Counted from the first letter of the whole stretch, positions 1 through 14,532 are shown. The stretch is DNA of 63,201 bases, filler included, from Collodictyon triciliatum (GCA_043381765.1; 4 parts of 4 records of this genome joined end to end with filler, not necessarily neighbours in it); one strand, 5' to 3'. The notes: generated by a model not told the origin, from the sequence alone. Numbers and translations are program-made.

Positions 1-160
1 ACAAAGAAACAAAGAAACAAAGAAACAAAGAAACAAAGAAACAAAGAAACAAAGAAACAAAGAAACAAAGAAACAAAGAAACAAAGAAACAAAGAAACAA
101 AGAAACAAAGAAACAAAGAAACAAAGAAACAAAGAAACAAAGAAACAAAGAAACAAAGAA
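1..160. repeat. (ACAAAGAA)n tandem repeat, about 20 copies
   Basis: Perfect 8-mer array read directly from the window start. Confidence 0.95.
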
Positions 161-283
161 AAAAACAAGATACGAGGAAAGACATCTCAATCAAACTTGG
201 AAGGTATATGTCTCTCGTCCCTAGGCATACTTTGTACATTTTTTTTTAACAAACAATCTAATATTGCCATGAACAAATAATTA

Positions 284-2420
<2,137 letters not shown>

Positions 2421-3428
2421 CTTGCCATTTTAACCGATAACAAAGAATAATAAGAATAATAATAAATAGCAAAAGAATAAAATATAATATGAAAGATTGA
2501 TCAAATAGGTTGTATATATTTTTAAACAAGTATCAAACTCGATTGTTAGAGGCAGTTGGCCGTATGTGATTACGAGTTTTTTATTTTTATTTTTTTGTAT
2601 GTGATTACGAGTTATTAATATTGTAGCATCGCATATAAATGAAAGGCAAGCCAAGAAATATAATAATTATAAGAGTCGACAAATCTTGTGATTATACTGG
2701 GTGATTGGTCCTAGAACTCATATCATTCAGTATGACCTTAAGCTTTCCTTTCTCTTTTCCTTTTCTTTCTTATTACAACATGCAATAAAGAAGGTAGGGA
2801 AGCCGAATACACCATGAAGGACACATGGACGCAAGAACACAACTCATGGCTGTCACTTACAGTTACCTTCCTCGTCGAAAAACAGGAAGCAAACAAAGAA
2901 AGCCTCATAAGCTGAGCACAATGCAGCAAGGAAGACATCCCGAAAGACTCTTTTCCTGCTCAGTAGCACAGCGCGACCTCTCTTCGCTTTTCCCCAGGTT
3001 CAATAAAAACAAACAAACAAACGGTTAGTCTTATATCCCAACGAACACAATAGACAAACATAAGCCCATCGCCAACACCACCCCCAACCAGCTCTTAAGC
3101 CTTTCGTATGAATCACAAAGACAAAGTCATGTACCCCTTTAAATCCAACCGCACAATAGAAAAGAATAATATGTATATTTGTATTAAAGATAAAAAAAAA
3201 AGAAAGAAAGAAGAGGAACAAAACAAACGTACATAAAGACCCTACTAGCAGATCAAAACAAAATCATTCAACCCGTGCCAAAGGAACGCGCACCCGTTGA
3301 AGTGTCCACCAAAGAGACAGAGCATCGCAAGGAAGGCCCACAAAACAAGCAGAGGAAAACTCACGCACAAAAGAGAAGGGGGGAAAAAAAAAAGGCGACC
3401 AAAGAGAGCGTAAAAGATATTCGCTTGA

Positions 3429-5051
3429 TTGCTGATGGAACCGCGCTTTCACAAAAACAAGGCCTACGCACACTCCAGACGGCAGCCCGAAATCGAAAGC
3501 ATAGAAGGTGGCTTTGGCCGGTTGGCCGAAGTTGGGCAGCTTCTAAGTCAGGTGGCGCGTGGTGAGGATCGATCGATATTATCGAGGCCTCATCGTGACT
3601 CCCCACAGGAGGCCGCCAAGCCGCCGTCGCAATATGCTTCACAAGGACTAAGCAAAGGATCTTCAGATACCCTTAATCGGCTCCATCATATGGCCGGATT
3701 ACTAGACTCTTTGCTGATGCACTCAGAGTCCAACCAGAATCTTGGATTCACGCAAACTAAAAAGTTGGAAGATGAACGAGAGCCTTGCAGATACGACCGA
3801 CGGCAGAGCGTACCCGCATATCGCCCTTTCTTTGAGACAGATTACGTTCGAAATCACAGGCTGTATTATTATCCAATCACGCTTTCTTCATCCTCCTTGG
3901 CGTTTGTCCCATCAACAAGAGACCTGGCTCCTTCTCTCCACGATTCGTCCCCGCATATGTATCCACCCAGTCATTCCGAGGGCCTGGAGCCACGACTTGT
4001 GATGCTTCCACATGCCCCTTTCCATTCAGACTCTGCTCCATCTTCTGCCCGACAAAACTTTCGTGATACGAATACGCAGGACCATCAGCAAAAATCCTTG
4101 GAAAATCACTCTCTCAGGGTTGATGCGCAGACACAAACAAATATTCCTGGGCGCTCTGAAAAAAACATCTTGCACAATGCCCGGCCCAGATCAGCTCCTC
4201 CTAAATCCATCTTAAAGCTAGATAATCCAAGTGCGCGTCAACTATCTCCGACTTATTCTCAAAAACAAACTCGATTTGAAATACCAAACACACCGACATC
4301 TCCTTCATCTCCTTTATATGCTCATGTGAAAGCAAAAGTAGTAACTCGCAACAAAGATTCAAAAGCGAATTCAAACCAACTCACAAATGATGGCGATGAA
4401 CTAGTGGAAATCCCTCTTTACCTAAATCCCGAAGCTGAGCTTGAAATGGACATTTCTCGAAAGCCAATACCCCAGAAGCATGCATCATCCTCGTTTATTC
4501 CAAACAGGCAAGAAAACAACCAACCAAAATCTCCAAATCCTCGTCTTTTGGAGTCCAAGGCAACACTAAAAACGAAAGAACTACAACAGCTGGAACCACG
4601 GGAAATAAGAAAAACACAAATTCAATTAGAATCCCCATCCGCCAAAGGATACTCTGGCGAGGCAAAAGGTTCTATCAAGAAGACGCCGTCTCCACTGCTC
4701 ATACCAGCCACGCGCAGTAAGACCACCCCCAAATCCCCACAAATTCAGATTTTTGAATCTAAAAGAAAAACAACCCTGAATGAGCCCCAGACACCAAAGA
4801 CACCCCAAACACCTGGTAAAGTTCCAACTCCTAAAGGAAAGCTCTCCGCAACTCAGGATGGGAGCCGTGACAGGAAAAAGCCTCCTCCTATTTCATCGTT
4901 CATAAAGAGCTCTAAGGCCCCACCAAAGTCCCCACAGATTCAAATATTTGAACCAAAATCTGGTCATCCAGCCAAACAGGTTCATGACAAACCTAATGAT
5001 TGTGATTTTAAACCCACGTCAAAAATGGAGTCTTTAAAGAAATCGTCATCG

Positions 5052-5089
<38 letters not shown>

Positions 5090-5195
5090 GTCGTCGTCGT
5101 CGTCGTCATCCTCATCCTCAAGAGACTCGTCGCCTCCAAAGTCACACCATGATGAAGAAATTTACATCAAAGAGGACATATCCATGCGCAATTGA
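3429..5195 (+). CDS. Uncharacterised Pro/Ser/Lys-rich, probably disordered protein (588 aa ORF; true start uncertain)
   Basis: 1.77-kb uninterrupted ORF in AT-rich DNA with repeated KSPQIQIFE, TPKTP motifs and a poly-Ser tract; no recognisable globular domain. Confidence 0.7.
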
Positions 5196-5408
5196 ACGAC
5201 AGAATTTCTCTCTACTGCTACTCTTCCTTGCTTTCTACATTCTTAAAAATACATAAACTAGGGCGGTTTTATCGACCTTTTGATGCGTTTGTTTTTCTTC
5301 TTATTTCTCAGTCCAGATTTCTTTTCGAGATAGAGCGTGTATGGGGAGTACCATAGTTTATTTACGATAGAGTTCCTTTTATTTTAGTTATTTCTTAATG
5401 AAAGAATA

Positions 5409-5807
5409 TTCTGGGCAGTGACGCGAGGTCATTTGCTATGGACTATGTGGATAGCGCGCATACACTCACGCAAAGCAAGATTCAACAACCAACCACCCAT
5501 TCCTGATAATAGATTGGATGGCATCATATAATTCTCCTTCCTCTACGGCTTCATTTGCCACCTGCACGTTCTCTACTACTCAGACCTTGTGAGGAGAGAC
5601 GTGTGGAAGGGAGCCAAGAAGAGAGTAAACCTCGCCTTGCCTCTCATGTAAGCACAGGATGAGGGCTACAGACCAAACCACATGATGCAATTACTGATAA
5701 ACGGGTTCACCATTACTCGACCACCAAGTAGTTTCCTTGCGAATGGTGGCTAGCGAACCAAATCCATGACATTTGCCGCCTTGGAAATTGAAAAGGAAGA
5801 AGAAAAA
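5409..5807 (+). mobile_element. 5'-truncated L1/Tx1-clade LINE: ORF2 C-terminus, 3'UTR and A-rich tail (family B)
   Basis: Frame from 5409 reads FWAVTRGHLLWTMWIARIHSRKARFNNQ...GII*FSFLYGF...LALPLM*, similar to the WxxWxxR(N)xxxF motif at the end of L1 ORF2, with one in-frame stop. The end ...GGCTAGCGAACCAAA...AAATTGAAAAGGAAGAAGAAAAA is shared with shorter copies elsewhere. Confidence 0.7.
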
Positions 5808-6104
5808 CCTAATTTATTGTTGAGGGTGGTATATCCCCACTTTTTTTTTTAAAAAAAAACCTCACAATTATCCTTGTGGGTAACTTCGAAGCTTTATTTA
5901 TGTTTCATTTATTTTAGATAACGATAACTTCAAAATAGAAAGGTCATGAAAGTGTGAGTGATTGTGTGTGAGACAAGAAAAGAAAGCCTCCATAAACAAC
6001 AAAAAATAACGAAAGAAAGCGATATAGATAAGAAGCACCTATTGGAGATAGCATATGGGTTTTTTTTTGACATTATGATATAAAAGCGCAAAAAGATTGA
6101 GTTC

Positions 6105-7754
6105 TCATAGGAACAATTTTAGTGTTTTCATCGTATTATTTTTTAACCGTTCTTGAAACCGCAAGATCCAGTTTTGGCTACTTTCTAGTGGTTTGGAGAA
6201 ATCCATACCAACTTTCCATTCATTTTCAAGTTCTATCAAAGTTCGCGTCATCGCGCGAGCAGCTCTTGGACCTTTTCGTCTAGACAGAAATTCTTCATAA
6301 GTTCTATATCTATAGTGGTAATTCCTGATCAATCCGGTGGTAATCCCCTCACTAACGACATTTTTACCAATATCCTTCTTCAATCGGACATAATGGGGCC
6401 CATAATTTTGAATCCCTGCAGCCTTTTCAGCCTTGATGATTGATTTTTTGAAGCTGGAGGAAGAAACAGTGAGATTACGACATAAATCAACAATTAAATC
6501 ATCATGCTTACGAGCAGCATACCCACACGGACCAAAAGTAATCCAATCGATTTGAATGTAATCGTGTTTTGAATACATGTTCTCGAGCACAGATAAAATA
6601 TCTCCGTATGCAGGGTCAGGAACAATAAATTCATCCACATCAAACAGAGCAATCCATTTTGTAGCTTTTCCATATCGATTAATGCAATCTGTGTATGCCT
6701 CTGTTTGAGAATGTGTATTCTTCCAATTCCGCCGAGCAATCAACCCAGGAAACAAGGTTATCAATTTTTCTAGAACCATATCCTTTTTATAAGATGGGTT
6801 GTTATCATACAGGATAAATCTCTTGAACCCCATAATTTTGTGGAATTCCACCCATTCGATAAGATTAAGGCCCTCGCCTCTTATCATGGTACACATGGTG
6901 AGGTCGACGTGCGGTAGATTTTTGGGAAAAGAACCTATTCGAAGTCTTGAGGGAATAGTCATGATGTCAGGGCTATAGCTTAATTGGACAATAGTAGAAT
7001 TTTTGGGATCAAACGACGGTATGGGACAATATACAAAAGTGTTATCCCCGATAATGGGAATCCTGGCTTCAAAAAAATTGTGCTCCATGTCAGAGTAAAT
7101 GCAGTACAGCTGATTGCATTTATCTCTGTAAAGAACATTTGGCAGATAATATGATATCATGATGATGTAATTTGGTATATGGGATGGTAAAATAGACTGG
7201 ACCCGAAATGACTTTGGATTCCGCATTACCAACTCCATAACCTCTTGTGTTCTCTCCTCCATTAGTAACTTAAGGGTGACTTTCTTATTTGTAAATGAAA
7301 AGCCGCTGCATTCGTGGCGAGCCTTTCGCGGACACGAGATTGAGTGGTTTGTAAAGCACTCCCCGATGTATTCTGTTCGCACAGCTTTGTAATTACTGGA
7401 ATGGCCTTCCATGTAAGAGTACGAGCACGAGTAGAATGGCAAACACACAAACAAACCAGGGATGTTAAATACCACGGGCTCGGACAGTTTGTTGGCTTTG
7501 CACACCTCTACGCACGATGTCAGCTGATTCCTGTCCCAAAAAGCTTGGAAATGACGCCGGGACCATTCTGAAATGTTTCCAAACCGCGCAGATTCTTGCA
7601 AAAGAATGCTCGTGGGATCGACTGTCCAGTCTTCTTCATCTTCGCCGTACTCGTCGGGCTGCAGCTTGAACGTCAACAACGATATAACCAGGATAACAAG
7701 GAAAATGACCGCCACAGTGAGTTTTCGTATCATCGTCCTAAGGCAAAAGCCCAA
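6105..7754 (-). CDS. Type II membrane glycosyltransferase, GT92/DUF23-like GT-A fold; intronless
   Basis: N-terminal TM anchor (LTVAVIFLVILVISLL), then LTMCTMIRGEGLNLIEWVEFH..GFKRFILYDN, QTEAYTDC and WIALFDVDEFIVP (DxD motif), plus a C-terminal HY motif. Confidence 0.85.
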   Translation of the reverse strand: MGFCLRTMIRKLTVAVIFLVILVISLLTFKLQPDEYGEDEEDWTVDPTSILLQESARFGNISEWSRRHFQAFWDRNQLTSCVEVCKANKLSEPVVFNIPGLFVCLPFYSCSYSYMEGHSSNYKAVRTEYIGECFTNHSISCPRKARHECSGFSFTNKKVTLKLLMEERTQEVMELVMRNPKSFRVQSILPSHIPNYIIMISYYLPNVLYRDKCNQLYCIYSDMEHNFFEARIPIIGDNTFVYCPIPSFDPKNSTIVQLSYSPDIMTIPSRLRIGSFPKNLPHVDLTMCTMIRGEGLNLIEWVEFHKIMGFKRFILYDNNPSYKKDMVLEKLITLFPGLIARRNWKNTHSQTEAYTDCINRYGKATKWIALFDVDEFIVPDPAYGDILSVLENMYSKHDYIQIDWITFGPCGYAARKHDDLIVDLCRNLTVSSSSFKKSIIKAEKAAGIQNYGPHYVRLKKDIGKNVVSEGITTGLIRNYHYRYRTYEEFLSRRKGPRAARAMTRTLIELENEWKVGMDFSKPLESSQNWILRFQERLKNNTMKTLKLFL

Positions 7755-8812
7755 AATGAGAACAAGAAAACTAACCCGTTTTAAAAAGAAAGTTGGAGAG
7801 CCTCATTTTTTATTTTTTTTTTTGTGGTAGTGGGCAATGTGGGCAATGGTGGTTTTTTGAAAGAGAGAAAAAAAAGGTATATGAAAAAAAAAGAGGAGGA
7901 GAGTATAAAGGAATGGAAGGAATAGAGCCTTTCTAAAGCGAAGTGAACTAACAACAGTGATGATGGTGATAATAATACTTAAAAAAAAAATTAGGTACAA
8001 TAGCAAGAAATATAATAAACCCAAATCCAAAAAAAAAAAAAAATAAAGAAAAGAAAGCGAGCCCCATCCAAGAAGCGAGCCCGAATCCTGATCGATTAGA
8101 CCGCTGCTATTAAAGAGAGAGAAAAAGACATACGATAGAAACAAAAAAAGAAATATGATCATGTGATCTATTCTCTCTCTCTAAAGACACCCAACCCGGG
8201 CCAAGCAAAGCTCGATCGTTCGCCGCTCCGTCTCGTTCGTCCGCCTCTCCGGCCAACACAAACACAAGAGGGCTGTGACACAAGCAGCGAGTACAATACT
8301 TGGAATTTCTTCGTGTTCGCTCTACACTCATTCATACCAAATATGGTCTTATCGAGGAAAACGCATTCGGTTATCATCCGAGCGCAGCCACACGATGACG
8401 CACACCACACAAAATAGACAGTCACCGAGGGCGGGAGAAATGAATGCGGTCGGGCGGTTATGGAGGTACGGGCTTGTAAGGATGTTCTTTGAGGTTGATG
8501 CAAAGGCAGTGGGTTTAGGTGATACAAGCGAGGCATTGTGTCTATAGAAGCCTTGTGTGAGTAGCCATGTGCTCAAGGAAGTTTACATTTTATTTTATTA
8601 TCCCCCTTTTTTTTTGTACAGCAAAGCTGCACAAAATAAAAACCTGCGCCCGAGGCAATCACGATGGTCAGTGGAAAATCGTAATGTTATATTCGTGCTT
8701 CATGCGTCTGCACAGAGTGCATAATTCTCAAATGATGCAAACATCAGAAAGTCGAACCAAGCCTCAAAGTCATTCAATCATCACCCTTTTGATATATTCC
8801 TGATAAAACACT

Positions 8813-8880
8813 CGATGGCTAACGAACCAAAGCCAGAATCCTCACCATCTTGTACAAAGTTGAAAGAAAGAGTAAAAAAC
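8813..8880 (+). mobile_element. LINE 3'-end fragment (family B) with target-site duplication
   Basis: GATGGCTAACGAACCAAA...CCATCTTGTACAAAGTTGAAAGAAAGAGTAAAAAA flanked by CCTGATAAAACACT (8799-8812) and CCTGATAAAAGACT (8881-8894). Confidence 0.75.
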
Positions 8881-8912
8881 CCTGATAAAAGACTACTTGT
8901 CTCCCACACAGA

Positions 8913-8990
8913 CCAGAAGTAGCACCCATCCAAAATGGCTAGCAAACCAAATTCACATCCCCCCCCCCCATCATCTTGCAAAAACTGAAA
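8913..8990 (+). mobile_element. LINE 3'-end fragment (family B), degenerate
   Basis: AAGTAGCACCCATCCAAAATGGCTAGCAAACCAAA...CATCTTGCAAAAACTGAAA aligns by eye with 5725-5792 and 9698-9770. Confidence 0.6.
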
Positions 8991-9394
8991 ATGAGAATGA
9001 AATATCATTCTTTCAACATGAAACGGCAAGGGGAGAGCCACGCAAAAGAGGAGCCAGATTTACATCACACAGAAAAGATACAAGACAAAGTGACAGTGGG
9101 GGTTTGTACGCTCGATTGAATTAAGTAATTGACGATTTTTTTAGGCAAACAATTAGACTGTTTAAAAATATGTTTGAGATGTGTAGCAAATACAAAGAGA
9201 GAATATTTTACATATTATTATTTTTAAAAAATTCTTTCTTGCACCTTATACAAGTTGAGAGTTTAAGAAATGTAGAAATGATAGACGAAACTCTCCATCT
9301 TGAATCATTAAAAATAGGAAAATAATATTGTTAATCCTTTTCTTTTCTTCACGCAAGATTTTTTGTGAGTGTTCGTTTATATTCCACCCAGTCC

Positions 9395-9467
9395 TTCATG
9401 CGCTCCCATCCCGCCTCTTTGTATGGCATAACCTCGCTGCACTTTGAATCGAATAAAGGAAAAAAAA
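9395..9467 (+). mobile_element. Non-LTR retroelement 3'-end fragment (family A) with A-tail and TSD
   Basis: ...CTTTGTATGGCATAACCTCGCTGCACTTTGAATCGAATAAAGG(A)8 flanked by TCCACCCAGTCC (9383-9394) and TCCACTTAGTCC (9468-9479). Confidence 0.75.
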
Positions 9468-9553
9468 TCCACTTAGTCCAGATGAATTGGTTTATCATAT
9501 ACTTGCATAGCAGATGAGGTGGGTTTAGACATAATTAATATTGTCACAGTGAA

Positions 9554-9621
9554 TTCGCACCTACCTCGCCCCTTTGTATGGCATAACCTCGCTGCACTTT
9601 GAATCGAATAAAGGGGAAATA
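9554..9621 (+). mobile_element. Non-LTR retroelement 3'-end fragment (family A) with TSD
   Basis: Same core of about 43 bp as 9395-9467, flanked by AATATTGTCACAGTGAA (9537-9553) and AATATTATCACAGTGAA (9622-9638). Confidence 0.8.
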
Positions 9622-9697
9622 AATATTATCACAGTGAAAATATTAAAGGACACGGGTGATATTTTCCCATGGCAATATCACCAAGCATTTTCATATC

Positions 9698-9770
9698 TTT
9701 CAATTTATGCAAGATGGCGGGCTTTTGACTTTGGTTCGCCAGCCATCGTTGGGATGAATGCTACTTGGGT
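9698..9770 (-). mobile_element. LINE 3'-end fragment (family B)
   Basis: Reverse complement reads CCAAGTAGCATTCATCCCAACGATGGCTGGCGAACCAAAGTC...GCCATCTTGCATAAATTGAAA. Confidence 0.65.
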
Positions 9771-10427
9771 GGTGTAGCCGCCAAGTACTATTATATGTTG
9801 GTGACTTAGGAAAATTCAATATGTGTATATTAACACTTAATAACACTTAAGTGTAGGCATTTAAAACACAATACATCTGAAGGTGTGAGTTTGGAGAGAC
9901 TAATATCTGATTTCATCACATCATGCCAACAAAACCTAAAGCTGAAGTTTTCACATTCCTTATTCACATTCATTTCTCTCTTTTCCCTTTTCTCTTTCCT
10001 CTTTATCCTATATCCCTTCTCTCTTTTCACTTTCCGCTTTTTCCGCTTTTTCGCTTTTTGTACTTTTATTTTTGTTACTAGATTAACTCTTACTCACCAG
10101 AATATCTCCCACCAATGAGCTTTAGCCAATCATATATCGATTATATATTTTGTTTATAGAATTATATCAGCAAGGACTAATTCACACATATAACAACCTG
10201 GAAGAAAAAAAAGAGGAATCAAACATCACCCACCCAATTCGCGCGGCTCAACGGAAACAATAGTGAATCCAACCAATCTGCCCAATATGCGACAAAATAT
10301 GCCAGTCAATATTATGGTCTCATCAAATTTGAATATGAAATGTATTGTGCTGTGAAATTTACTATTATTTTGGTTATTAATACTTTGAAAGAAATCAATT
10401 ACGCAAGTAAGCATATTTTCCAGATAT

Positions 10428-10468
10428 TTTTTTTCCTTTATTCGATTCAAAGTGTAGCGAGGTTATGC
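10428..10468 (-). mobile_element. Non-LTR retroelement 3'-end fragment (family A) with perfect 16-bp TSD
   Basis: Minus strand GCATAACCTCGCTACACTTTGAATCGAATAAAGG(A)n lies between two copies of CATATTTTCCAGATAT (10412-10427 and 10469-10484). Confidence 0.85.
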
Positions 10469-12832
10469 CATATTTTCCAGATATAATAATAAAGTTAACT
10501 TGCCTTAAATAGCAGATGTTGCCGAACCACGTCACAAAATAGTCGGCAATTTCCACTTTTATATTACTTTATTGAATATTCGCCACCGGCCAAGACTTGA
10601 TGAATCACGTTTCCGCCAGCAACAATCCACCCTTGCGAAGAGCCAGGCCAGCAACAACCTAAAGACTGTAGCTCTCACGAATGCCGGCGCCGTTTTCTAG
10701 CACGAGAAACTCAATACTTTCCGAGTCAACCGCAGTAGAAGCCAGAATTATTGAACATGAGCAAGGAAAGCGACTGGTCACGAACCTTTCCAAACCAGGA
10801 TTTAGTCACATCCTTAAACAACCTCCAAGCAAAGCTCAACGCCAAGCAAAACCGTCAAACAACCATTCTCACAACATATCTGAATAATACAGTTATCTCG
10901 TCCATCTCTGCCTTTGTCACAAAAAAAAAACGATATATAAAATCTCGAGATCCACTCGTCTTTTTCAAAAGATGGAACGCAAGTCCTAAGCAAAACAATA
11001 AACGCAAACTCTCCTCCCCAGAGAAATCTCCTCCAGACTTTTGATCAAGCGTCCCCGAGAAAAACATCTCCGATGGCAACCTTTGTCAAGAACTTCACTG
11101 CTGCCCTTCAAGCTGTTCTCCCCGAAACCAAACTGACCTCCAAACTGACCGCACCGTTCCTCTTTGGCAGCCAGGCACAGGCTTGTTTTCTTTTATTTTC
11201 CTTTGGTCCCCATTCCACCTTTGTATTGCCTGCCACTCATTCGAGTATGACTGCGATTGCCACAAGATATTCCTTGGACGTTTCACTCCCAGGCACAATT
11301 CTAGCTAGCTCAAGGTTCTTTTCTCCTCCCTTCTTTGACTTTTGCCGTTTCAAAACACAGCCCACTTCTGCCGCACCAGCGTTCCAGCGCATGGTTTCTG
11401 CTGCACCCCGCATTGCTGGAAAGCGCAATCCCTTCTCTGCGTGCAGCCCGCTCACGTCTACCTCCCTGACACCCAAGCATTTCTAAGAGCAAAAACAACA
11501 ATCACGCTCTTCAAAGCATAAAGCAAGTGTAAGAATAATAAATGCCAACAAAGCAATCAAGAAATATACTCACATCATCAACAAGATAAGTCACGATAAA
11601 AAGGGATATGTTTTTTTTTTTAACGAAGCTCATAACGCATGAGGCATTGTTGCTTACAATTTTATACGTCCTCATTCATTTCGCAACATTAGGCTATGGA
11701 TCATTCAACGAATCATTATCTGGTTGGCACACACACTGTCCTGCCGATAGAAAATGATTAGCTTGTTCCTGTTCCTTAGCTATCACATGGTGACGAACAC
11801 AGGCTTTTTCGTGATTCTACCCTCGACCCTGCCTTCTAAACCATCTCCCTTCCTTTGCTTTTATATTTGGAGTAGACACAACCCATCACATTTCCTTTCC
11901 TCTCACTCTCCCTTTTCCATCTCTATCGTCCGATATTTCTGCCCCGCACGTTTGGCTCTCATGTGGACTGGCTGCGTTCATGTTTGCCAGAGAAACTCGA
12001 GTATGCCTCTTAATCTCAATATGCAAAGATGTTTTCTTTCCAGCTCTCCTGCTCCTTTGTCACCGCACAGAAAACAACAGCCCCATGACGCCAAATAAAC
12101 AATTTCACCCACCACGACATATGTTCCGCTGGTGGAATCGTGGCAGCACTAGAGAGATACGGAGGGACGCATTCCACCCTGTTCCAGAATTGGCTCTGTA
12201 TTTTTTCGATCAACTCAATGCCACTTTGCGCCTTCGTTGCGCTCTTCTGTCAATCGTGTTCCGCTTTGGTATTTTCAGTTTGATCTTTGGGTTGTCTGAA
12301 GCAGAGGGGAAGCAGACGAGATGGGACTCTGTCAAGTGGGGTTCAAGCAACACGAAGAGGCTGACCGAGAGATAAGCAAACGCAGGAACAATGCCCCTTT
12401 CCCATATTTTCTACCTTCTTTCTCTCCTTTTTCTTTTCAGCTTTATATATATTTAGTTTTGAAACGTCTTGTGTATTTCTGTGGACGTTATCGAAGAAAA
12501 AAAAAAGAGATGAATATGAAAGGTCTTTCCCTCAGTTTTTTTTTTTTTGGAAGGGGGCCTTGGTGATGATTCCTGAGTATTAAACTTAGTCGATCAGCTG
12601 CTCTATTTTCAAATCGTCTGCTGGTAGCAGAGAAAAGACATCTGAAATAGGGGACACCTACCGAGCAACAACTGAACGGAATAGAAATGTATAAAGGGGA
12701 AAACAGAATTATTTCCAACTGTGCGACTTGATAACCATGAAGAAAGCAAACCATTCCTCACCGATGATGCTTTATATCAATTAAAACTTTCTTTTTTATC
12801 CATAGCCAAAACGAACCACATTAGAGATTACC

Positions 12833-12897
12833 ATGTTTAAAATCTTGTAAGTTTAAAATATTCGTACACATATACACACATACACATACATATACAC

Positions 12898-12947
<50 letters not shown>

Positions 12948-14532
12948 TCATGCACATTAGAAACATAATTTAAGTCCAGCTATACTCTTTAATTTTTCTG
13001 CCGGCAAGTTATTGATTTGCATAAGGGCAGCAATAATTAACGCGATAAACACTGCACATTAAATTGTGATTCATGCTTAAGTGCCAAACAACTTACTCTA
13101 TTCCCATCCTTTCAAAGCGAGAAGCAGCAAACGTTCCGCCCAAAGAAGCTGACTCGTGCTCCACAATTGGAAAAGCACATCTTCCAAACAGTCGGCTCGG
13201 GAGACATTCGCGGGGCTGTTCGACTCCCTGCGGGCGAGAATCTGGATGAATGGCTCGCTGTGAATAGTGAGTTTCAATGCATCGTACTTTGTCATCCATA
13301 TTGATTAATTAGATGCCCACACTGTCACTTAACTGATAGGACAGTGGCAGAATAATTGACCGACTTACAAATGTATTTTGAATTCGCCAGTGCTTACCAA
13401 AATCCCTTATTCGATTCATTTTACATGTCCATTATATGAAGCCATCGATTTCTACAACCAAATCAATCTGTTGAGCTGCGGTATGAAAGACATGTGCACT
13501 GCCCAGAGTTGCCCTGTCATGAATGCTGGGTCAAAGTAGGGGCTATACATTTCTCTTCCATCTCGTTTCATTTCATTTGATTGATTATATTTATACTTCC
13601 ATCAGTGGGAATCTATGTAAAAATAACAATGTTACATCCAATGAGGCCCAATTCTTGTCTGCTATGAAATAAACAGTATGTTATGGTGATATGAATACGA
13701 CTTTTCTGAAAATCTACAAATCATACCGAATCGGATTGCAACAGATATGAATACTATTGGTCCGACGGAGTCACAGTTAAGACTCCGGTGAAAGTATCTG
13801 CTCCAGAATATTTCGAGCATTTGCTTAATTGGGTTCAATCTTACCTGGACAACCCCGCCATCTTTCCAACGCAGCCTGGTACAATTGCGCAACTGTTTAG
13901 ATTCCTTCATTTACATTTACGTTTGCATGTGCATTTTTGTTCATTCATTTATGCTTTCCTTTCTCTTTGGTATTCCCAGTCTCCCTCCTTATATTACACA
14001 TTTAATACGCCATAAATATTTATCCATATGGGGGTATTTTTTTTTTAAACTTGCAAATTTTATTGCGAGTTTAGGTGTTCCTTACCCAGCTGGCTTTGAT
14101 CAGATTATCAAGACAATCTTCCGTCGAATGTTCCGTGTTTTTGCTCATATTTATTGTAACCATTTCGAAAAGTTCGTCGAGCAAAAAGAGGAGGCTCATT
14201 TGAATTCATGCTTCAAGGTATTTTGATTCATTTTTCATCTGAACTATTGCCGGTGAAGCACTTTTTACCTGCTCACTTTTTTCTTTTTTAAACTTCGTGT
14301 CTTCCCTAAATTCGTTCTAGAGGCTGGATGCCTTTTGATACTCTTTGTAAATTTTATTTTCCTTGCTTCGTTTCACATATCCTCAATGCCTTCAATGGTT
14401 TTTTGGATGTCATAGCATTTCTACTATTTTGTGGAAGAGTTCAATCTGATGGACAGGAAGGAGTATGCTCCCATCCAGACGGTCATCGATAGCCTTCTCG
14501 AACACGAGGCCACCAAAGCGAGGAAGTCCTAA
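12833..14532 (+). CDS. MOB1: MOB kinase activator, MOB1 family; 6 exons
   Basis: Exons at about 12833-12846, 13118-13267, 13442-13535, 13745-13878, 14075-14217 and 14416-14532 give TFRPKK..GSGDIRGAVRLPAGENLDEWLAVN.IDFYNQINLL..CTAQSCPVMNAG.KYEYYWSDG..VSAPEYFEHLLNWV..IFP..IKTIFRRMFRVFAHIYCNHF..EAHLNSCFKHFYYFVEEFNL. Confidence 0.95.

Noticed and set aside
8913-9770. MITE defined by inverted repeats (also the pair at 9419 and 10468)
   Set aside because: The repeats are independent retroposed 3' ends in opposite orientations; several carry their own A-tail and TSD.
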